Program-made: the position numbers and the translations under genes
Notes under the pieces: generated by a model
The model's database searches: none
What the model was told of the DNA's origin: nothing
The model's input: the letters and a program-made list of their open reading frames with translations, nothing else
Shown: positions 19,445-26,219 of the stretch, one piece after another
How the letters are laid out: each line of letters starts with the position of its first letter
Position numbering within the stretch: position 1 is the first letter of the stretch
Assembly (NCBI RefSeq): GCF_000020025.1
Contig: NC_010628.1
Coordinates: 720,001-752,000, forward strand
Direction of reading: 5' to 3'
Origin: Nostoc punctiforme PCC 73102
GTDB lineage: Bacteria > Cyanobacteriota > Cyanobacteriia > Cyanobacteriales > Nostocaceae
Length of the DNA stretch: 32,000 bases

Positions 19445-20102
19445 GTTTTTTTTCCTCTTCCTCTTTGCAGGGAGCGTTGGAATATCCAGAGCGAAAGGAT
19501 TTGACGCTATGAGATTCTGGAATGAACTGGTGACGCAAGATACAACCAGCATCATTACCCAAAATATGAATAGATACAGATGCGCTCTGAGATGTAGTTT
19601 TGACGGCGTGGATATCACCGTCTGGGGGGAGAAGGCGGTAGATATCGCCTGGTTGAAGCGACCGCACTTCAGTTACTTGTAATTGTGCATGTCCTTCAGT
19701 ATCGCCGTTATCTACACGGCGGTAGACTGTTTCTTCTTGATTGCCTTTGTATAAACCGATCAATCCCCAGGCTAAATGATCGTGGACGGGAGTCGTAGAA
19801 CCTGGGGGAATCACCAAACTGAAGACTGACAGAGAACGATCTTTGGCGCGATAAAGTAGCCACTGACCTATACCACCACCCATCTTGCTTTCGGGATTAA
19901 TTTGGGCAAATTTTTCAGGTAGCCATTGCTGTTGGGCAAGCAGCTCTTGAAAATAGGGCTCTAATCTAGCGAGAGTTTGTGTGCGATCGCCAGCAGTGAT
20001 AGCGCTAATTTCACGAACTGTTGCTACAAAGGATCGTAGTTCCTGACTCTCAATAAACCATTGGTCTTCTGGCAATGGTTCCAAGATGGTGTCGTTTGTC
20101 AT
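19431..20102 (-). CDS. Cysteine-dioxygenase-type (CDO_I-like) cupin protein
   Basis: 223 aa. The cupin metal motif is PPGSTTPVHDHLAWGLIGLYKG… with a later IHAV. The layout matches bacterial CDO/thiol dioxygenase homologues. Its stop overlaps the aldolase start by 14 nt. Confidence 0.75.
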   Translation of the reverse strand: MTNDTILEPLPEDQWFIESQELRSFVATVREISAITAGDRTQTLARLEPYFQELLAQQQWLPEKFAQINPESKMGGGIGQWLLYRAKDRSLSVFSLVIPPGSTTPVHDHLAWGLIGLYKGNQEETVYRRVDNGDTEGHAQLQVTEVRSLQPGDIYRLLPPDGDIHAVKTTSQSASVSIHILGNDAGCILRHQFIPESHSVKSFRSGYSNAPCKEEEEKKHVQV

Positions 20103-20142
20103 CTATATTCCTCGGTTTGGGAGGCGACTGTTAACTAATTTG

Positions 20143-20216
20143 TAATTCGTAATTAAATTAAGAATTACGTTAGCGTAGCGGGGCGTAGCCCATTAAGAAT
20201 TACGAATTACGAATTA
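20143..20216. repeat. ATTCGTA/TACGAAT heptamer runs in inverted orientation around a dispersed repeat core
   Basis: TAATTCGTAATT lies at ~20143 and GAATTACGAATTACGAATTA at ~20197-20216. The core GTTAGCGTAGCGGGGCGTAGCCCATT (20169-20194) recurs as GTTAGCGGTAGCGGGGCGTTTAGCCCATT at 21735-21763. Confidence 0.8.
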
Positions 20217-20409
20217 TTTTAATACTAGGGTGAATTTTGAAGCCAAGTTGCTCAAGTTTTAAATTAGATAAAGACTCCTTCAAAATGATAGTAAAGGGAT
20301 ATCGCTGAAACACAGTAGCTTTACCTTGTGACAATAGCAGCCTAGCATGGCTGATGCGTACTGGATACAATGGTTCTTGGTTGGCATCGAGAATGAATAC
20401 TTTAGTCAT
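20200..20409 (-). pseudogene. Truncated remnant of an IscB-like / RRXRR-HNH endonuclease gene (PLMP domain plus a decayed RuvC-I motif only)
   Basis: The 69-aa ORF MTKVFILDANQEPLYPVRISHARLLLSQGKATVFQRYPFTIILKE matches the IscB/RRXRR N-terminal pattern V(F/Y)V(I/L)..(K/E)PL.P…R.LL..GKA.V….PFTI.L. The following LGFKIHPSIK resembles a decayed L.LKIDPGSK (RuvC-I). The last codons IIRNS-stop are encoded by the ATTCGTA heptamer repeat. Confidence 0.6.
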
Positions 20410-20572
20410 GCAATTTTGAAATAATCAAATTATTTACAGCAGTCTTCAAATATTTGAGACGAAGAATAGAGAGTAGTTAAATTACTTGAAAAGATTCTAC
20501 ATACCTACTTTGTAGGAAGGCGAAGCGCATCTGCGTTTCAAAACACTAAGATATTAATTAGGCAAAGCTGTA

Positions 20573-21694
20573 CTAAGCAATGACAGCTGCTTGTCGCTCC
20601 CGCCGTTGCACTTCTGCCCGAACTAGGGGAATCACATCACGACCGTAAGCGATCGCATCTTCTAATGGATCAAATCCCCGAATTAATAGAGTCGTTACTC
20701 CAGCATCATAGTAATCCACAAGTGACTCTGCTACTTGCTCCGGCGTACCAACGAGGGCGGTAGTATTACCATAAGCACCAGTAGCGGCAGCAATTGGAGT
20801 CCACAAGCGCTTATCGAAAATTTCGCTTTCTTGAGCAAACTGTAATAAACGACTGGAACCCACTGCTTCGGGACGTGCTGAATTCAAGCTGGGAGCTATC
20901 GGCGGTTGATTGTCTGTTTTTGCCGCTCGAATTTCTTTAACATGCGACAGAATTGAATGTGCCCGTTGCCAAGCCTTCTCCTCTGTATCACCCAAGATTG
21001 GCCGCAAAGATACACTGAACCGGGGCGATCGCTCCGGTGGTGTTACAGCTTTTACTTCACGTATTCGTTCTTTAATTGCTACAATCGGTTCTCCCCACAT
21101 CGCATAAACATCACTGTGCTTTGCACCCACAGGTACTGCTGCACCAGAAGCACCCCCAAAGTACACAGGTATATGGGGCTGTTGCAGAGACTTCACATCT
21201 GAGTAAGCATCTTTCACCCGATAGAATTCGCCCTCATAATCGAAGGGAGTTTCACTTATCCACACTCGACGTACAATGTCAAGATATTCATCTGTACGGC
21301 GATAGCGAGTATCATGGTCAAGCCAGTCACCATCACGTTGTTGTTCAGCATCGCTGCCACCTGTAATAATATGTACGGCGATGCGACCATTAGTAAAATG
21401 ATCCAAAGTTGCTGTCTTGCGTGCAAAGAGCGTAGGAGCCACGAAACCAGGGCGATGAGCGATTAAAAACTTCAACCGTTCTGTTGCAGCCGCCGCAAAT
21501 GATGCCACAGTTAAGCTATCAGGACCAGTTGAACCATAACCAACCAGCACGCGATCAAAGCCACCATTTTCATGTGCTTGAGCAAATTTGCGAACATAAG
21601 CGGCATCTATGGAACCCCCAGTGATTGCAACTCTTGGCCCATCTAACTCAGATATTTGTCGCGTTCCAATCATTCCAATAAATTCAATTGGCAT
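20573..21694 (-). CDS. ssuD: LLM-class FMNH2-dependent monooxygenase, alkanesulfonate monooxygenase (SsuD)-like
   Basis: 373 aa, collinear with E. coli SsuD as recalled (LKFLIAHRPGFVAPTLFARKTATLDHFTNGRIAVHIITGG; DGDWLDHDTRY; QQPHIPVYFGGAS; YAMWGEP; GNTTALVGTPEQVAESL). Confidence 0.75.
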   Translation of the reverse strand: MPIEFIGMIGTRQISELDGPRVAITGGSIDAAYVRKFAQAHENGGFDRVLVGYGSTGPDSLTVASFAAAATERLKFLIAHRPGFVAPTLFARKTATLDHFTNGRIAVHIITGGSDAEQQRDGDWLDHDTRYRRTDEYLDIVRRVWISETPFDYEGEFYRVKDAYSDVKSLQQPHIPVYFGGASGAAVPVGAKHSDVYAMWGEPIVAIKERIREVKAVTPPERSPRFSVSLRPILGDTEEKAWQRAHSILSHVKEIRAAKTDNQPPIAPSLNSARPEAVGSSRLLQFAQESEIFDKRLWTPIAAATGAYGNTTALVGTPEQVAESLVDYYDAGVTTLLIRGFDPLEDAIAYGRDVIPLVRAEVQRRERQAAVIA

Positions 21695-22385
21695 AGTGCA
21701 TATCTTTAAAAACTACATTGGGCAAAATAGTTCCGTTAGCGGTAGCGGGGCGTTTAGCCCATTCCAAGTTCTGAGTAAATTAGTTACTTGGAGCGCAGCC
21801 AGAAATCGTTAAACCTGTGGCATAAATAATTGTCTTGGGATAACAACAGGTATAAGGCTTTTAGCCTAGTTCATTTTTTTACATAGTTTAATTTTATTTT
21901 GCCAACTTACTTATCAACTAATAAGGTATTAAAAGACTTGATTGAGTGCTGTAGCAATAAAAATCAGAGCTTTTTGAACTGATTCAACAACTTTTTTATT
22001 ACTCTTTTGATTAAAGAAAAGATAAGAATGAGAGTCTAAAAGTAAACTCCAGAACTCTCGTTCTTATCGAAGACTAGGGATTTTCAAAGAATAAATCATC
22101 CAATCTTGTGAGGTAATCTCACATTTATTGATAAATATTTTAGCTGTAATATTTTTCTCTATAAATACGGCAAATTGGTCGGATAACCGTTGAATTAACT
22201 ACAAGCAAAAATTATCATATACAAATTGAAAAAGCAAGCCGATTGTCAGCATCTCCAGGTGAGAACAACGCGAAAAAGTATAATTGTCCATCTCAACTAG
22301 ATGTCTATCGTTCGTCTACAATGCCAAAAAGCAAGGAAAAGCTTTACTCGTACCAACTTATCAACTTCACTCGAAGACTAAAAAT

Positions 22386-23453
22386 ATGGTCAACCTAGAA
22401 GCTGAAGATCGCAAACAATTAATAACTCTTTTAAAAGAGTTACCAGAACTGGCTACAGAGCGATCGCGTCAGCAAATTTTGGAGCTAGCAGGTTTGAAAC
22501 AAGTAATACCCATGATCAATCTTTCGGGCGCTTCATTTGTGGCAGTTAGTGAGATCGTTAGCTATCTATCTAACTACGGGCGTTTAACCTATGACCATGA
22601 AGCGCTGGGGCTGTTCTTGAATACTTTGAAAAGCCTTACGGGAGCGCAGCAGCAAGAGTTTTTGGATATGCTACTGACTAAGTATGACATGATGACCCCA
22701 ATCGCAATATTACCTGCTATCAATGAGTGGCGAGGGGGGAAAACGACTTCAGATGTATTAGAGAAAATAATTGGTGAGAACACTCTACGCCCAATCTCAT
22801 TTTTACAGCAGGGGCTTCAGGTAGCGCGGTCAGTTGCCTATATTGGGGTCATAACTAGTCAAGAACGCTGGTCAGGAACGGGATTTCTTGTAGCTGAAGA
22901 TTTATTGTTGACTAATAATCATGTTTTGCCTAGCTCAAATCTACTGGCAGATACAATTTTTCGTTTTAACTACGAAGAGAATTTTCAGGGGGAAGCTCAA
23001 CCAACTGATGAGTATCGCCCTAAACCCAATGGAGCTTTTCATACCAACCAAGCTCTTGATTACACTTTAGTTCAACTCGGAGGAGAGCCGGGAAAAAAAT
23101 GGGGTTGGTTGCCACTAGCATCTAAAGCGATTAATATTGGTAGCCGAGTTAATATAATTCAGCACCCATCAGGGCAACCTAAACAGATTTCACTTCAGAA
23201 CAATTTTGTTCAATATGTGGGCGGTAATGTGGTGCAGTATATAACCTCTACCTTGCAAGGCTCCTCTGGTTCTCCAGTTTTTAATGATGGTTGGCAGATT
23301 GTTGCTCTACACCATGCTGGGGGTAATATTCCTGAACCAACAACTCAGCAGCATTACTTTAGAAATGAGGGGATAAAGATGGAGAGCATCTTAGCCGATT
23401 TACCCCTGGAGCTTGTAGACTTGCTTAAAGCGGCAACTATTACCTCATTTTAA
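22386..23453 (+). CDS. N-terminal helical (effector-associated-domain-like) module fused to a trypsin-like serine protease
   Basis: The ATG at 22386 is preferred over the TTG at 22284. Residues ~1-100 from that ATG are all-helical in character. The C-terminal half has an ordered His/Asp/Ser triad: TNNHVL (His, nt 22920-22922), LDYTLVQL (Asp, nt 23058-23060), GSSGSPVF (Ser, nt 23265-23267). No signal peptide is seen. Confidence 0.8.
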   Translation: MVNLEAEDRKQLITLLKELPELATERSRQQILELAGLKQVIPMINLSGASFVAVSEIVSYLSNYGRLTYDHEALGLFLNTLKSLTGAQQQEFLDMLLTKYDMMTPIAILPAINEWRGGKTTSDVLEKIIGENTLRPISFLQQGLQVARSVAYIGVITSQERWSGTGFLVAEDLLLTNNHVLPSSNLLADTIFRFNYEENFQGEAQPTDEYRPKPNGAFHTNQALDYTLVQLGGEPGKKWGWLPLASKAINIGSRVNIIQHPSGQPKQISLQNNFVQYVGGNVVQYITSTLQGSSGSPVFNDGWQIVALHHAGGNIPEPTTQQHYFRNEGIKMESILADLPLELVDLLKAATITSF

Positions 23454-23486
23454 AGAGGTTTTACAAGTATTTAAAGTTCGACAAGT

Positions 23487-24749
23487 ATGAATATCAAATC
23501 CCAATTGCTAGAGTTACTAGTAAAAATGCCAAATACTCAAACTGTTGGAGAGCGTAGAGCACTCTTGACTTTCACGGGATTTGATTATCTAAATATTAGA
23601 ATAAATGAAATTCAAAGCAATAATCTTTCCTTTTTTAATGAGTTGATTGAACTGATATTATCGGAAGGACAAGATAAATTATTAAATTTTATTAGAGCGC
23701 TCGCTGATAGTGAATTTATTGGTTTAGAATTTCGGCAAAAATTCAATGCTATCATTATAAAAATTTCGTCTCTAGAACCTCAAAAATTTAATAGTGAATT
23801 TATCGAGCAGAAGAATACTCAATCAGTTAATATTATTTCTATTAGCAGCCGAAGTGAAGAAAGCTTAGAAGAACAACAAGATACAAAGTTGCCTGTTCCA
23901 GCAATTCTGGGAACTCAGTCTTTTGAATTTACAGTTGTGATAGTAGATCCCCAAGGTAAAGAAATTAAACGTAGTCGAAGACAAAATTACTACTTAACTC
24001 AAGACCTTGGTAACGGGGTAAGTTTAGAAATGGTCTATATTCCAGGTGGAGAATTTTGGATGGGTTCACTAGAATCTGAAGGAAAGCGATACTCTAATGA
24101 AAGACCTCAACATAAAGTAACAGTCAAACCATTTTTGATAAGCAAGTATGCGATTACACAAGCACAATGGAGGGAAGTTGCTACTTTGCGAGAAGTTCGT
24201 CAAAACTTAAAACTTCGCCCCTCACGCAACGGAGGAAAAAGTCATCCTGTTACCCAAGTTTCTTGGTTTGATGCTGTTGAGTTTTGCGATCGCTTATCTG
24301 AAAAAACAGGTAAACAGTATCGTCTTGCTAGCGAAGCAGAGTGGGAATACGCTTGTCGTGCTGGAACCACAACTCCTTTTCATTTTGGGGAAACTATTAC
24401 TTCCGATCTAGCTAATTATGATGGTCGTTACTCTTATGGGTCAGAAAGAAAAGGAATTTATCGTGAAATAACTACTCCCATAGGTAGTTTGCAGGTTGCT
24501 AATTTCTTTGGGCTATTTGATATGCACGGTAATGTTTGGGAGTGGTGCTTAGACCATTGGCATGAAAATTATAATAATGCACCGAATAATAGAGATAGTT
24601 TGCGAGACAGTAGTGATAATCAAATTCATGTAATGCGTGGTGGATCATGGCGCAACGACCCGTACCTTTGCCGGTCAAGTTCCCGCTTACAAAAAATTGC
24701 TAGTGAGATGTCCAACCATATTGGTTTTAGAATTGTTTGCTCGCTCTAG
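23487..24749 (+). CDS. N-terminal helical (effector-associated-domain-like) module fused to an FGE-sulfatase (SUMF1-like) domain
   Basis: 420 aa. Residues ~1-100 resemble the N-terminus of the preceding protein. Residues ~140-420 show FGE-sulfatase motifs: MVYIPGGEFWMGS, RPQHKVTV, ITQAQW, HPVTQVSWFDAVEFC, RLASEAEWEYACRAGT, MHGNVWEWC, MRGGSW, IGFRIVC. Confidence 0.85.
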   Translation: MNIKSQLLELLVKMPNTQTVGERRALLTFTGFDYLNIRINEIQSNNLSFFNELIELILSEGQDKLLNFIRALADSEFIGLEFRQKFNAIIIKISSLEPQKFNSEFIEQKNTQSVNIISISSRSEESLEEQQDTKLPVPAILGTQSFEFTVVIVDPQGKEIKRSRRQNYYLTQDLGNGVSLEMVYIPGGEFWMGSLESEGKRYSNERPQHKVTVKPFLISKYAITQAQWREVATLREVRQNLKLRPSRNGGKSHPVTQVSWFDAVEFCDRLSEKTGKQYRLASEAEWEYACRAGTTTPFHFGETITSDLANYDGRYSYGSERKGIYREITTPIGSLQVANFFGLFDMHGNVWEWCLDHWHENYNNAPNNRDSLRDSSDNQIHVMRGGSWRNDPYLCRSSSRLQKIASEMSNHIGFRIVCSL

Positions 24750-24788
24750 ACTGATGCATTGTAAATTTTTGTCTAATTTATTCATAAC

Positions 24789-26123
24789 TTATGCTATTTT
24801 ATTCTCCTCTAAAGATGAATTGTCGATGGTGAGGTGTTGATGCTTTTTGCGTGCTGCAAGAGTTTGGCGATATTCGTATGCTTGAGGCACTGGTTCAAAT
24901 ATATCAATCCTCAAAACGCCAGTTGCTTTCTGAATTTCTTTGACAGCTTGCTCAATCTCATCCATTGAAACTTTGAAAAAATCTCTTTTTGGGTTAACTG
25001 TATTCACCTTTTTATCATCAAAACGTTGATGTAAGCGCTGCAATGTATCAAAAGCATCTTCAGAGAATATTTTGAAGTGAACATCAAATTGAAATGGAAC
25101 TGCGGGGTTCATGCCCCTAATATATTCATCTTCTTTATTACGAATGGTTCTACATATTCGGTATACATCCTGTTCAAGAGAGCCTATATTAGAAACTATA
25201 TAAATATATCCCGATTTGAGTCTTCTAGATTCAGAAAGAGCAGTTTCTTGATCACTTCTATCTTCAGCAACTTGTCGTTCTAGTTCCTGAATTTTCAAAT
25301 ATAATTGTTGTCGCTTTTCGCCTTCAGTCAGTTCTATTTCTTGTCTAACTTTGTTAAGCTCTTGTTGGTGAAGTATTTCTCTTTCTTCAGCTTCTTCAGC
25401 TTTCTGTGTTGCCTTGTCAATTGATTCACGTTCTTTATTTTGCTTTTTATCTTCTAGCTCTCTCTCGCGCTCTTGCTGTTTTTTATCTTCTAGCTCGTAC
25501 TGTAAATCTAACTCGATTAATTTCAATTGCAAATATTCTTCTGAGATTTTAGAATTTAAGGTTTTTAAACACTTATTATATTTGCTAAACGTATTATTTA
25601 TTCTCTTTTTCAAAGAGTCAATATTGTTATATCTAACTTCTTTTACCGCATACTTACATCGTTCTTCAAACGCAAGCTCAACCAATTTGAGAATGTCGTT
25701 TATCATTTTGTCGCCTTTTCTTGTACTATCACCAACAGTCCATTTAGTATCACAAATATACGCTTGGTTATTTTTTACCATATTTTCCTGTTGTAACTTG
25801 ATATTCTTCAGCCTATGTATGTAGTCTTCAGAACTGATAAACTCATACTTTGGCTCATAGTAATCTATAGATTGAAGATAGATTTTTGCATCAAGTTCAG
25901 AAAATTGCTGCTGAAGATTTATGATTTTGGTATTAAGAGATAGCTGCTGATTTTCTAGTAAATCAATATTTGATGCCAATTGCCGTTGATACCCTTCTTT
26001 GTCAGCTAATGTATCATACCTACGTAACTTCTCCCTCACCTGAGACTCTGCAATTAATGCTTGTACTAATGCAGCAATAAGTCCGGCTACTAATACCAAT
26101 AATCCTAGAAGTGTTAACGACAT
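24789..26123 (-). CDS. Membrane-anchored coiled-coil protein with DUF4041-like region and C-terminal T5orf172/MUG113 (GIY-YIG-superfamily) domain
   Basis: The N-terminal TM is LTLLGLLVLVAGLIAALVQALIA. Long heptad-rich, charged stretches are present. The DUF4041-like block is YICDTKWTVGDSTRKGDKM…LQLKLIELDLQYE. The C-terminal domain is GYIYIVSN…YRICRT…VPFQFDVHFKIFSEDAFDTLQRLHQRF…NPKRDFFKV (nt ~24939-25211). Confidence 0.78.
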   Translation of the reverse strand: MSLTLLGLLVLVAGLIAALVQALIAESQVREKLRRYDTLADKEGYQRQLASNIDLLENQQLSLNTKIINLQQQFSELDAKIYLQSIDYYEPKYEFISSEDYIHRLKNIKLQQENMVKNNQAYICDTKWTVGDSTRKGDKMINDILKLVELAFEERCKYAVKEVRYNNIDSLKKRINNTFSKYNKCLKTLNSKISEEYLQLKLIELDLQYELEDKKQQERERELEDKKQNKERESIDKATQKAEEAEEREILHQQELNKVRQEIELTEGEKRQQLYLKIQELERQVAEDRSDQETALSESRRLKSGYIYIVSNIGSLEQDVYRICRTIRNKEDEYIRGMNPAVPFQFDVHFKIFSEDAFDTLQRLHQRFDDKKVNTVNPKRDFFKVSMDEIEQAVKEIQKATGVLRIDIFEPVPQAYEYRQTLAARKKHQHLTIDNSSLEENKIA

Positions 26124-26219
26124 GGAACCTAGTATTACACTTGTGTACCCTTTAACTTAGCTTAGAGTATTTTTTTAGACGTGTGCCCAAAAATTAGTCA
26201 TTGTCGATGAGATATTCTA

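Noticed and set aside
19445-19682. 58-codon upstream extension of the aldolase-family ORF, and plus-strand ORF 19377..19682
   Set aside because: The extension overlaps the cupin CDS and is hydrophobic or basic junk-like. Family homology begins at MSRYNRPQ. The plus-strand ORF is antisense to both genes.
20200-20409. Intact RNA-guided IscB nuclease
   Set aside because: Only ~69 codons remain. The RuvC-I Asp is replaced. No bridge-helix, HNH or RuvC-II/III regions follow. The ORF ends in heptamer-repeat DNA.
20910-21812. Plus-strand ORFs 20910..21107, 20957..21202, 21076..21366 and 21609..21812
   Set aside because: They are antisense to or overlap the SsuD-like CDS, and their composition is typical of the reverse strand of a GC-richer gene.
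22284-22385. TTG-initiated 34-codon extension of the protease gene
   Set aside because: It has no recognisable features. The ATG at 22386 starts the helical module that aligns with the N-terminus of the neighbouring protein.
23487-24749. Annotation as a genuine formylglycine-generating enzyme serving a sulfatase
   Set aside because: No sulfatase gene is nearby, one catalytic Cys is missing, and the domain is fused to an adaptor-like module. A sensor or binding role is more plausible, though unproven.
25077-25824. Plus-strand ORFs 25077..25283 and 25414..25824 (136 aa, Ser/Leu/Phe-rich)
   Set aside because: They are the reverse complement of the Glu/Lys-rich coiled-coil gene. Low-complexity antisense frames stay open by composition alone.
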